Positions 1-8,756 of a stretch of 25,295 nt of DNA are shown one piece after another. The notes under the pieces are model-generated. The model made no database searches. It saw only the letters and a list, made by a program, of their open reading frames with translations, and was not told the DNA's origin. Position numbers and translations under genes: made by a program. Where the stretch lies: IMG/VR virus record IMGVR_UViG_3300020045_000693, positions 1-25,295 of that record; one strand, given 5' to 3'. The stretch comes from a virus. Lineage: Duplodnaviria; Caudoviricetes. Position 1 is the first letter of the stretch, and each line of letters starts with the position of its first letter.

Positions 1-31
1 AGAGGACGAAAAGAGAAGGGCATCGAAGCAA

Positions 32-256
32 ATGATGGACAAGGGGACATTCCAGAGCCATCAGGTGATGCCTGACATTCAAGTATACCAGTCCATGCAA
101 ACAGGTGAATGGATTAGCTCCAGATCAGCACACAGAAGCCACCTGAAACAACACCGCTTGATTGAACTTGGCAACGAGAAGATCAAAGCGCCCACACAAC
201 CCAAATACGACTCTGCGGAAGTAAAGCGCGAGTTGGCTAGACATTTTAATAGGTAA
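32..256 (+). CDS. Conserved small phage protein of the head region (possibly 5'-truncated)
   Basis: VMPDIQxYQSM...ISSRSAHRSHLK...IELGNE resembles a motif I recall from podophage head modules. The frame is open back to position 2. Confidence 0.75.
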   Translation: MMDKGTFQSHQVMPDIQVYQSMQTGEWISSRSAHRSHLKQHRLIELGNEKIKAPTQPKYDSAEVKRELARHFNR

Positions 257-260
257 CAAC

Positions 261-1520
261 ATGGCACATGTAGACATCACCGGCACGCAGCATTATGCAC
301 TCGGCATCGGCCAGCCAAAGAACGACACAAGCAACTCGCCGCCCGCAGTTCTTGCCACAGACGGCAGCGGAAACGCTATAGGCATCATTGGCCAAGTTGG
401 CGGCGTTCCGAATCAAGTGATTGCGCTGGGTGGTGGGGGCGGAATTTCTGAATTGCTTTCCGTGGCTGGGGCTGGAGATAGCATACAGCAAGGAGCCACG
501 CCGGGCGGGTCTATGTTCATGCAGTCGGTGAAGAGACAGACGCTGCCATATAAATTTGCAGGGAATTTTGCAGTAGCGTCCAAGAGAACTGATGAAATTG
601 CAGCACAAATACCATCTGCTGCCGCCTCTGGCGCGAAAATTTGTGTAATTGACGGAGGCGTCAACGACATTTTGCAGGCCGTGCCAGAGGCTACTCTGCG
701 TGCAAACCTGATAGCAAACTGGAATGCGTGTAAAGCCGCTGGGATGGAGCCGCTTGACGTTGGCCTACCTCCTACGAATACGGGCGCCAACGTCCCAAGG
801 TATGTGGCGCATGAAGTGTGGCGGAAACTTTACTGCTACAAATACAACATTCGGCATGCGGATATTTGGTCTCCACTTGCAACGGCTGCCGGGGCATATA
901 CCAGCGGGCTAAACCTTGATGCTGTTCACCCAAACTCTATCGGCGGAGTAGCTGCGGAGCCAAGCATATCGAACTTGATCGCTGGGCCAACAAAGGGGTC
1001 ATACCCCCTGCTTGCCTTGACGGATACCAAGACTGACGCGGGGTCTGCGATTGATAACGCGGTTTCGTTCAGCGGGACGCTTAATTCAAACGGTTGGTTC
1101 AACATTGGCTCTGGAGCAACGTATAGCGTTACCGCTCCAGATGCGGGAGACTTTGGTTCGTGGTATCGAACCACTTGCACAGCAGCCGTGAACGCGGGAC
1201 TCGGTAGCACAACCTATACGCTTGCATCGCTTGGATGGGCTATTGGGGACAAGATAGCCATTGGGTTCAGACTACGTTGGGTTGATGTTGCAGGGGCGCT
1301 TTCAATCACTTGTTTTGCGCAATCTGTGACAGGGTTGGCACCCTCTCAGCCGCTGTTTAACGAGACTGGAGGGGCCACAGGAAATTCCATCTACTCGTAC
1401 ACAGAATTTACATTCACTGGTGGGACAAGCATCAGCCTTCAGTTTTTCGCTACTGGAACCGGATACTTTGAAATTAACCGCCCAATCATGGTGAATTTGA
1501 CCAAGCTCGGCTTGGCGTAA
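261..1520 (+). CDS. SGNH/GDSL hydrolase-domain protein, likely virion-associated esterase/deacetylase
   Basis: Block I AGDS, block III GGVND, block V DAVHPN. The C-terminal region is beta-rich in T/G/S/F. Confidence 0.85.
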   Translation: MAHVDITGTQHYALGIGQPKNDTSNSPPAVLATDGSGNAIGIIGQVGGVPNQVIALGGGGGISELLSVAGAGDSIQQGATPGGSMFMQSVKRQTLPYKFAGNFAVASKRTDEIAAQIPSAAASGAKICVIDGGVNDILQAVPEATLRANLIANWNACKAAGMEPLDVGLPPTNTGANVPRYVAHEVWRKLYCYKYNIRHADIWSPLATAAGAYTSGLNLDAVHPNSIGGVAAEPSISNLIAGPTKGSYPLLALTDTKTDAGSAIDNAVSFSGTLNSNGWFNIGSGATYSVTAPDAGDFGSWYRTTCTAAVNAGLGSTTYTLASLGWAIGDKIAIGFRLRWVDVAGALSITCFAQSVTGLAPSQPLFNETGGATGNSIYSYTEFTFTGGTSISLQFFATGTGYFEINRPIMVNLTKLGLA

Positions 1521-1585
1521 CCATCTCCAACCCCATCCCCTCAGCACGGGGATCAGATCAACGCTGAGAAGCGCCGAACTCACAC

Positions 1586-1608
1586 AGCACCCTAGAGGTG
1601 CTTTTTTT
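1586..1608 (+). terminator. Intrinsic terminator
   Basis: AGCACC-CTAGA-GGTGCT followed by a T run. Confidence 0.75.
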
Positions 1609-1625
1609 ACGTCCCAAGGAAATCT

Positions 1626-2639
1626 ATGACCGATTTGGAAACCCAAAGCGGCGGCGATGACCTGCGCTCGGCACTTGAAAGTGCGTTTGCAGATGCTGCT
1701 GAACCAACAACAACCGAAGCAGCACAGGAAGCCCCATCAGAGGCTGTAGAAACGCCCACAGAACGCGCAGACCGTGTGCGTGATGAATCGGGCAGGTTTG
1801 CTAAGAAAGACGAACCAGCGCCTGTTAATGAGGTCGCAGAGGTTCTTGCTGAAGTGGCAGAGATTCCTGAAGTTCCCGCCAAACGTCCGCCTTCTTCATG
1901 GAAGAAAGAGACACAGGCAGAGTGGGAAAAGCTCCCATCGCACGTGCAGGACGATGTGCTGCGCCGTGAGGCTGATTTCCACCGTGGAATTGAGCAGTAC
2001 AAGCAACACGCGCAACGGGCGCAAGTCTATGAACAAGTCTTAGCTCCGTATCAGTCAACCATCCAGCAACTAGGCGTGACGCCAGAGGCTGCAATCGGTT
2101 CGCTGTTCAAGGCAGACCAACTACTTCGCAACAGTGCGCCGCATGAAAAGGCTGCGTACTTTGCACAACTGGCATCCGATTACGGTGTGTCACTAGAAAA
2201 CATCCAACAACCGCCACAGGTCGATCCGGCCTATCAGCAGTTGTTAAACGAGGTTCGTTCTCTCAAGCAAACAGAAAGCATGAGAGAGCAGCAACGCCAA
2301 CAGCAGGAAGCGCAAACGCTCAACAGCACCATTGCGCAATTCTCTGAAGGCAAAGAGCATTTCGATGCAGTCCGGGAGGATATGGCCGCGCTTCTACAAG
2401 CTGGCCGTGCCCAAGACCTAGCGGCTGCATACGACATGGCGATATGGGCGCGACCAGACCTACGCACCGGGCTACTCCAACAGCAGACCCAGGCGGCAGA
2501 GGAACGAGCACGCGCAGCAATGCAGCAAAAGAGAGCGCAATCCGCCTCTGTGTCTGTGAAAGGTTCATCGCCTGTCAGCACTAACAGTGCAAACCCAACC
2601 GACTTACGCGCTTTGCTTGAGTCGCAATTTAATTCTTGA
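1626..2639 (+). CDS. Capsid scaffolding protein
   Basis: Acidic, disordered N-terminus, RDESGRFAKK and PPSSWKKE motifs, Q/E-rich helical body; immediately upstream of the capsid gene; AAGGA RBS. Confidence 0.8.
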   Translation: MTDLETQSGGDDLRSALESAFADAAEPTTTEAAQEAPSEAVETPTERADRVRDESGRFAKKDEPAPVNEVAEVLAEVAEIPEVPAKRPPSSWKKETQAEWEKLPSHVQDDVLRREADFHRGIEQYKQHAQRAQVYEQVLAPYQSTIQQLGVTPEAAIGSLFKADQLLRNSAPHEKAAYFAQLASDYGVSLENIQQPPQVDPAYQQLLNEVRSLKQTESMREQQRQQQEAQTLNSTIAQFSEGKEHFDAVREDMAALLQAGRAQDLAAAYDMAIWARPDLRTGLLQQQTQAAEERARAAMQQKRAQSASVSVKGSSPVSTNSANPTDLRALLESQFNS

Positions 2640-2653
2640 TAAGGACACCTTAA

Positions 2654-3646
2654 ATGGCCTCGTTTCCCAACCTGACCGATATTGTCACCTCGACAATTCA
2701 GTCCCGCAGCGGCAAGCTCGCTGACAACGTAACAAAGCAAAATGCTCTGTTGAATCGCCTCCAAAAGAAGGGCAATGTTAAGCCTTTCAGCGGTGGTAAC
2801 GTGATCTTGCAAGAGATCATGTACAACGACTCGAACACCATCAACGCCGGTTCTTACTCCGGCTATGACGTGATCGACATCACCCCGAACAGCCCTATCA
2901 CTGCGGCTCAGTTCGACATCAAGCAGTACGCTGCTGCCGTTTCCATCTCTGGTCTTGACCAACTGATGAACAGCGGTAAAGAGGCCATCATCGACCTGCT
3001 GGAGTCGCGCATTCAGATCGCTGAAAAGCAACTGATGAACACGCTGTCCACCGGCATCTACGGCGACGGCACTGGCAACAGTTCCAAGAACATCACCGGC
3101 TTGCAAGCTGCTATTGCTGACGCTCCCTCGTCTGGCACATACGGCGGCATCAACCGTGCTACTTGGTCTTTCTGGCGCAATATCGCCTTCAGTGCTGCCA
3201 CTGACGGCGGCGCTGCTGCTACCTCTGCAAACATTCAGAGTTACATGAACCGCGTCGCTATCCAACTGGTGCGTGGCAATGATGCTGCTGATATTTGCGT
3301 GGCTGATACCAACTACTACCGCCTGTATCTGGAATCGCTGCAAAGCATCCAGCGTATTGCGTCGGAAGAGATGGGCGCTGCCGGCTTCACCGCACTGAAG
3401 TACTTTGGTGCTGGCAAGTCTATGGACGTTGTTCTGGATGGCGGTATCGGCGGTGCTATCGGTTCTAACCGTATGTACATGCTCAACACTGACTACATCT
3501 TCCTGCGCCCGCACCGCGACCGCAACATGGTGCCGATTGGTGGCGAACGCCAGTCCATCAACCAAGACGCTGTGGTAAAATTGATAGGTTGGGCTGGTAA
3601 CCTCACATCCAGCGGCCCTCAATTCTCAGCAGTGTTGAAGGCCTAA
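2654..3646 (+). CDS. Major capsid protein
   Basis: 330 aa; TIQSRSGKLADNV..QNALL..L...GNVKPFSGG and YGDGTG motifs; strongly biased codon usage; follows the scaffold gene. Confidence 0.9.
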   Translation: MASFPNLTDIVTSTIQSRSGKLADNVTKQNALLNRLQKKGNVKPFSGGNVILQEIMYNDSNTINAGSYSGYDVIDITPNSPITAAQFDIKQYAAAVSISGLDQLMNSGKEAIIDLLESRIQIAEKQLMNTLSTGIYGDGTGNSSKNITGLQAAIADAPSSGTYGGINRATWSFWRNIAFSAATDGGAAATSANIQSYMNRVAIQLVRGNDAADICVADTNYYRLYLESLQSIQRIASEEMGAAGFTALKYFGAGKSMDVVLDGGIGGAIGSNRMYMLNTDYIFLRPHRDRNMVPIGGERQSINQDAVVKLIGWAGNLTSSGPQFSAVLKA

Positions 3647-3653
3647 CCGGCAC

Positions 3654-3682
3654 TTCACATTTAATCAGGAGGCGGCTATAAT
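3654..3682 (+). promoter_or_regulatory. Sigma70-like promoter for the endonuclease gene
   Basis: TTCACA (3654-3659), 17-bp spacer, perfect TATAAT (3677-3682); RBS AAGGAGG at 3698-3704. Confidence 0.7.
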
Positions 3683-3709
3683 TGCAATGTAACTTGCAAG
3701 GAGGCTGCT

Positions 3710-4321
3710 ATGCGTTTAATTGATCGTGCTGGTCAAAGGTTCGGTAGGTTGTTGGTGATTGAAAGAGGGCCTAACCCGCCCTCAAAGAAAGACACCAACG
3801 CTCGTTGGCTTTGTCAATGTGACTGCGGGAAGACTTCAATCGTTTACGGGCAAGACCTGAAACGAGGCAAGGTTATTTCCTGTGGCTGCTGGAATGACGA
3901 AAAGCGGGTTAAGCATGGAATGTCGCGCACTCATGTGAATGGTGTTTGGCGGCAAATGCTTGACCGCTGCCGGAACCCTAGAAATCTTAGCTACGCAGAC
4001 TATGGCGGGCGTGGTATTTCAGTTTGTGACAGATGGCTTGAGTTCAGCAACTTTATTGCTGACATGGGCGATAGGCCGAAAGGCTACACCTTAGAGCGCA
4101 TTAACAACGAATTGGGATATTCGCCCGATAACTGCCGTTGGGCAACTTACACAGACCAACTTAACAACCGGCGCAACAGCAGGTTGATTGAGTACATGGG
4201 TAAGACCCAGACATTGGCAGAGTGGGCCATAGAAACTGGGATTGGCTGGCATACCTTGAGGTCAAGGATTGACCGGCTTGGATGGTCGATTGAACGCGCT
4301 CTAACTCAAATTCCCAAATAA
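3710..4321 (+). CDS. Free-standing HNH-type homing endonuclease
   Basis: GQRFGRL, CQCDCG, SCGC, YGGRGISVCDRW and LERINN..GYSPDNCRWAT...QLNN motifs, plus a C-terminal HTH-like segment (TLAEWAIETGI). Confidence 0.85.
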   Translation: MRLIDRAGQRFGRLLVIERGPNPPSKKDTNARWLCQCDCGKTSIVYGQDLKRGKVISCGCWNDEKRVKHGMSRTHVNGVWRQMLDRCRNPRNLSYADYGGRGISVCDRWLEFSNFIADMGDRPKGYTLERINNELGYSPDNCRWATYTDQLNNRRNSRLIEYMGKTQTLAEWAIETGIGWHTLRSRIDRLGWSIERALTQIPK

Positions 4322-4334
4322 GGATTTATTTATC

Positions 4335-4634
4335 ATGGCTACTCCGTTTACCATCAGCGACCTCCCCGGCGCTGACCTTGTTGGCGTCATCCCGACGGCT
4401 GACATCACCTCCTTTGCCCAGCGCCCGATTGCCCGTCTCGGCACTCAAGTGTGGGGTTCTGACGGCAAGTTGTATGTGTACGCTCAAGCCAACGGCGCTA
4501 TCCCGGCGTCTACGGCAGTCTGTACAGTGAATGCAACTACCTTCTTGGCAACCTCCTCTGGTGGCTCCTACACATCGCCTGCAACGGCGATGGTTGCAGG
4601 TGACCAAGCTTTCTTCGGCAAAGCTTCGGTCTAA
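4335..4634 (+). CDS. Putative capsid decoration/cement protein
   Basis: Small A/T/G-rich protein with LGTQVWGSDGKLYVYAQA; co-transcribed with the capsid gene ahead of a strong terminator. Confidence 0.65.
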   Translation: MATPFTISDLPGADLVGVIPTADITSFAQRPIARLGTQVWGSDGKLYVYAQANGAIPASTAVCTVNATTFLATSSGGSYTSPATAMVAGDQAFFGKASV

Positions 4635-4644
4635 GGAGTAAACG

Positions 4645-5013
4645 ATGGCAATCCCTTCCCGTCTTATGGGTTCGGGCCTGTCGTCGTTGGCTGCTGTGAA
4701 TATCTGCGGTGATGTGGGCGACACGCTCACTGCCGCAGGTACTGGCAACACCGACGCGCTTGCTCTTTCCGCTGCTATCAACCGTGTAACAACCACTGCC
4801 GCATCTACTGGTGTGCGCCTGCCTTTGCCTGAGTCTGGCTCGGCAATCGTGGTTGTCAACTCCGGCGCAAATGCATTGCTTGTGTATCCCGGCACAGGCG
4901 CACAGATCAACGCATTGACCGTTACTACCGCAGGCTTCTCTGTCGCTGCTGGTGGCCGTGCAATGTTCGTTGGCACAAGCTCGACAAACTGGTTCGCCAT
5001 TCTGTCGGCTTAA
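4645..5013 (+). CDS. Putative minor virion (head) protein
   Basis: AAGGAG RBS; A/G/T-rich; TAAGT...A..L..AINRVTT..ASTGVRLP pattern. Confidence 0.65.
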   Translation: MAIPSRLMGSGLSSLAAVNICGDVGDTLTAAGTGNTDALALSAAINRVTTTAASTGVRLPLPESGSAIVVVNSGANALLVYPGTGAQINALTVTTAGFSVAAGGRAMFVGTSSTNWFAILSA

Positions 5014-5018
5014 ACCGT

Positions 5019-5045
5019 GGAGGGCTTCGGCCCTCCTTTTCTTTT
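5019..5045 (+). terminator. Intrinsic terminator ending the capsid transcript
   Basis: GGAGGGC-TTCG-GCCCTCC (cUUCGg tetraloop) followed by TTTTCTTTT. Confidence 0.92.
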
Positions 5046-5064
5046 ATCACCTAGGGCAACCCCA

Positions 5065-5610
5065 ATGGCTGAGAACATCTCTATCCGCTTTTACCAAGAC
5101 AAATTTCTGATGGGCTATGCGTCCGAACAAGCAGGCCACCCTGTTTACGAAGACCGAGACTTTATCGAGATTGCAACCCCCGGCGACATGAACACCGTGA
5201 TTCAGCGGCCTGTCACCGACAAAGACAAAGAACGCTGGCCCAATCACTTTGCCCGCTACAAAGAAGGCTTGGAGCCTAGCGTGGACGGCATCCCATTGGA
5301 AGCATGGGCGCGTCTCACTCCCGCATCGGTTGCCAATTACAAAGCGATGGGCGTCAAGACTGTGGAAAATGTGGCAGGCATGAGCGATCAAATCTGCAAC
5401 AAAGTGGCTATGGGTGCGATGGCTGACCGTACGGCTGCAAAAGCATATCTGGAACAGGCCAAAGACGGCGCACTGTCCCAAAAGCAAGCCCTCGTGATTG
5501 AGCGGCAAGACCAAACCATTGCCGACCTACAACGGCAAATCAATGAACTCGCAGCACTAGCAGACAAGCCAAAGCGTGGCCGTCCTGTGCGCGAAACTGA
5601 GGAAGCGTAA
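5065..5610 (+). CDS. Conserved phage protein between the capsid and adaptor genes
   Basis: Start moved to ATG 5065 because the track's start (5017) runs through the terminator. C-terminal coiled coil ends in KRGRP. Confidence 0.75.
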   Translation: MAENISIRFYQDKFLMGYASEQAGHPVYEDRDFIEIATPGDMNTVIQRPVTDKDKERWPNHFARYKEGLEPSVDGIPLEAWARLTPASVANYKAMGVKTVENVAGMSDQICNKVAMGAMADRTAAKAYLEQAKDGALSQKQALVIERQDQTIADLQRQINELAALADKPKRGRPVRETEEA

Positions 5611-6510
5611 ATGACATTGCTCGAATTGGTTCAAAACCTGTGTTTAGAGCTAGGCATTGCCTCGCCTACTCAGGTTGTCACATCGCAGGACGTACAGATC
5701 ACGCAGATTCTGGCTCTTGCTAACCGATTCGGGCATGACCTTGCGCGTGACTTTGAATGGGAACGACTGGACAAGGAATACATCCTTCAAACAGTCTCCA
5801 CAACGCTCGCCGGAACCACCACAAGCGGCTCCAAGGTGATTACAGGACTTAGCTCTGCAGCAGGGCTTAGTAACTTGTATGGCGTCTCTGGAACGAACGT
5901 AGCCCCCTTTGCGCAGATCGTCAGTGTGGATAGTTCCTCGCAAGTTACGCTGAACCTTCCGGCGACTGGTGACGGCTCTTCTGACATGGTTTTTGGGCAG
6001 GTGCAATACTCCTTGCCGAGCGACTGGCTGAAACAGATTCCCGCAACGGAGTGGGACCGCTCCAATCGCTGGCCTTTGCTTGGCCCGCAGTCTGCACAAG
6101 ATTGGCAGTCGTTCAAGTCCGGCATTGTGTACGCAGGCCCGCGTCTGCGCTTCCGCATTCAAGGTGGCACTCTCTCGATCAATCCTCCACCCGCTGCTAA
6201 CGTCAACCTTGCCTTTGAGTACATCTCCAACGCATGGGCGCTGGCTGCTGACGGTGTGACGTACAAAACCAAGTTCACCAACGATAGCGACACGTTCATT
6301 TACGACGATTCGCTGATGTTGTCTGGCGTGAAGTTGCGTTGGTTGCAGACCAAGGGCTTTGACTACACCGCAGCGTACAAGGAATACATGGACTACCTTG
6401 CCATCTGCAAGGCACAGGACAAGTCTGCCCCGACTCTCTCAATGTCCCCTATGTCCGGCTCTGTCCTGCTGACCAACCGCAACATTCCAGATGGGTCTTG
6501 GCATGGCTAA
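5611..6510 (+). CDS. Head-tail adaptor / tail tubular protein A-like
   Basis: MTLLELVQNLCLELG start and YSLPSDW motif; lies just before the tail nozzle-like gene. Confidence 0.7.
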   Translation: MTLLELVQNLCLELGIASPTQVVTSQDVQITQILALANRFGHDLARDFEWERLDKEYILQTVSTTLAGTTTSGSKVITGLSSAAGLSNLYGVSGTNVAPFAQIVSVDSSSQVTLNLPATGDGSSDMVFGQVQYSLPSDWLKQIPATEWDRSNRWPLLGPQSAQDWQSFKSGIVYAGPRLRFRIQGGTLSINPPPAANVNLAFEYISNAWALAADGVTYKTKFTNDSDTFIYDDSLMLSGVKLRWLQTKGFDYTAAYKEYMDYLAICKAQDKSAPTLSMSPMSGSVLLTNRNIPDGSWHG

Positions 6511-8041
6511 CGGGCGGCGCATAGCTAACACTGTCACATTCCCAGCTCCTGTGGCGGGATGGAACGCTCGTGACGCCCTGGCGAACATGGGCAAGCAGGA
6601 TGCGGTGATTCTGGACAACTTCGTACCCAAGAATACTGAAGTAGTCTTGCGTGCAGGCTCTAGCAACCACGTGACCGGCATTACTGGAACGGTGGAGACT
6701 CTGGCTGTGTACGCTAAAGCAGCAGGGACTTACTCGATGTTTGCCGCTGCTGGCACTGCGATCTATGACGCGACAACCGCAGGCGCTGTCGGTGCTGCTG
6801 TACAAACCGGACTAACTAACGCACGCTGGCAGACTACGAACTTCGCTACTGCTGGCGGAAAGTTCATGTATATGGTCAACGGTGCAGACAAGCCCCGTTT
6901 GTACGATGGCACAACATGGACCGCTATCGACGGTGCGTCCACTCCCGCAATCACTGGCGTAACGACAACGTCATTAGTCCATGTGAATGTGTACCAGCGT
7001 CGGTTGTGGTTCACTGAGAAGGATTCATGCCGGGTGTGGTATCTGCCTGTCGTGTCTATCGGTGGTGCAGCCCAATCATTTGACCTGTCCAGCCTCTTTA
7101 GCGCTGGTGGTTACTTGGTGGCAATGGCGACTATCTCGGCAGACTCTGGCACGGGCATGGATGACTTTGCCGTGTTCATTAGCTCAGAGGGTGAGATTGC
7201 CGTTTACAAGGGCATAGACCCATCTAGCGCAGCAACTTGGTACTTGGTGGGCGTGTTCACTGTTGGCGCTCCTGTGGGCCGTCGGTGCGTCACCCAATAC
7301 GGTGCAGATGCCTTGATCGTGTCTAAAGACGGTGTATTGCCTCTGTCCAAGGCTCTGCTGTCTGCCAGGACGAATACATCCATTGCCATCAGCGACAAGA
7401 TACAAGAGGCCGTAAGCGCTTCCACATCGCTCTATGGTTCGCTGTTCGGATGGGAGATAACGATATTTCCCGAAGAGAACCTGGTTGTGATGAACGTGCC
7501 TACCAGTGCGACCACAAGCCAACAGTACGTCATGTACGCATTGAATGGCGCTTGGTGCAGGTTTACCGGATGGGACGCTACGACCTTCGTCAAGATGGGC
7601 AACGCTCTTTATATGGGCATGAATGGCAAGGTGATGCGTGCCTACTCTGGAACGAGTGACGCAGGAACGAACATCAGTGGCGAGGCTCTGGCTTCCTTCC
7701 AGTACCACGGTGGAATGACATTGAAGCGCTACACGATGGCGCGTCCCATCATTGCTATCGAGTCTGCCAATGTGGGCTTAGTGCTTGGCCTCAACCTCGA
7801 CTTTGACATGACTGCGCCGACTGGCACTCCTTCTGTAACGGCCTCGTCTGCTGGAACTTGGGATTCATCCACTTGGGACACCGGCACATGGGGCGGCTCT
7901 TTCACCATCTCTAATGGTTGGCAGTCTGTGGGTGGAGTGGGCTACTGTGCCGCGCTCCATATCAAGGCAGCAAGCAGCTCAAGCGGCCTTAAGTGGCAGT
8001 CATCTGATTACTGCTTTGAAAAGGGGCAAGGTTATGCGTGA
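6503..8041 (+). CDS. Tail tubular protein B / DNA-stabilisation (P22 gp10-like role)
   Basis: PAPVAGWNARD start; beta-rich ~512 aa; C-terminal WD..TWD..TW motif. ATG 6503 overlaps the previous gene's end. Confidence 0.7.
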   Translation: MANGRRIANTVTFPAPVAGWNARDALANMGKQDAVILDNFVPKNTEVVLRAGSSNHVTGITGTVETLAVYAKAAGTYSMFAAAGTAIYDATTAGAVGAAVQTGLTNARWQTTNFATAGGKFMYMVNGADKPRLYDGTTWTAIDGASTPAITGVTTTSLVHVNVYQRRLWFTEKDSCRVWYLPVVSIGGAAQSFDLSSLFSAGGYLVAMATISADSGTGMDDFAVFISSEGEIAVYKGIDPSSAATWYLVGVFTVGAPVGRRCVTQYGADALIVSKDGVLPLSKALLSARTNTSIAISDKIQEAVSASTSLYGSLFGWEITIFPEENLVVMNVPTSATTSQQYVMYALNGAWCRFTGWDATTFVKMGNALYMGMNGKVMRAYSGTSDAGTNISGEALASFQYHGGMTLKRYTMARPIIAIESANVGLVLGLNLDFDMTAPTGTPSVTASSAGTWDSSTWDTGTWGGSFTISNGWQSVGGVGYCAALHIKAASSSSGLKWQSSDYCFEKGQGYA

Positions 8042-8744
8042 AGTAGAAGATTTCCTACGGTCTGTAAGCGGCCCACGGTACAACCTCGGCTTGCTCAATT
8101 CCTCGCCTAACGTGTCTGCGCCTGTCGGCTTGAATGGCTACGAGCAGAAGCCTACACAGACTGCGCAAGCATCAAGCAGTCCCGCTCAATCAGGTCAAGC
8201 CTATCAAGGCTCCTTGCTTGGCAACCCCACTGCTGTAAACGATGTGGTTAGTCAGGGCATCAACACCTTTGGCAATGGTCATGGACTTAGCTCTAGCTGG
8301 GATGGCACAAGCGGGAAGATCGGTATAGGTCAAGGCGCAACCACTGACGCAAACCAAAGCTTCTACACCGACAAGGCCATTAAGGATTTTGCGATGGGGA
8401 TGAACTACACGCCCCTCGGCGCATTCAAAGCAGTTGCGAAGAACGGCATTGCGTACAACATGAACAACCAAGACATTCTTGGAATGCTCAACAACCCGAA
8501 TAACGGATATGGCGACCCCATCGCAGCACTGGCAGCTATTCAAGGCTGGAGTGGTGACGGTGTTGCATTGAATTCCCCAAGCATGGCATCCAACCCGATG
8601 CAACAAGACCCTGCAACCGCTCAACAGCGTGCACTGGCAGAGGCTCTTACTCGCGGTGGTGGTGGCGGGAATGGTAGCGGCTATAGCGACAGATCGAATT
8701 CAATGAATTCAGGCACTGGAAGCAACGCTCCCGGCGGCTTTTAA
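8034..8744 (+). CDS. Low-complexity G/S/N/Q-rich protein, possible internal virion protein
   Basis: ATG 8034 overlaps the preceding gene's end and the ORF fills the operon slot. No recognisable domain. Confidence 0.6.
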   Translation: MREVEDFLRSVSGPRYNLGLLNSSPNVSAPVGLNGYEQKPTQTAQASSSPAQSGQAYQGSLLGNPTAVNDVVSQGINTFGNGHGLSSSWDGTSGKIGIGQGATTDANQSFYTDKAIKDFAMGMNYTPLGAFKAVAKNGIAYNMNNQDILGMLNNPNNGYGDPIAALAAIQGWSGDGVALNSPSMASNPMQQDPATAQQRALAEALTRGGGGGNGSGYSDRSNSMNSGTGSNAPGGF

Positions 8745-8756
8745 CAAGGAACAAAA

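Noticed and set aside
2234-3622. 462-aa minus-strand ORF, and similar long antisense ORFs at 4326..5000 and 23393..24013
   Set aside because: Shadow frames of strongly codon-biased genes; no recognisable motifs.
3647-4334. Group I intron or intein hosting the endonuclease
   Set aside because: The capsid gene ends normally at TAA 3646, the next gene has its own start, and the flanks are too short for a ribozyme core.
5017-5064. ORF-track N-terminal extensions (also starts at 6491, 7914, 12753, 14921, 19691, 21733, 24518)
   Set aside because: They run through terminators or upstream genes; downstream ATGs have a better RBS or stop-start coupling.
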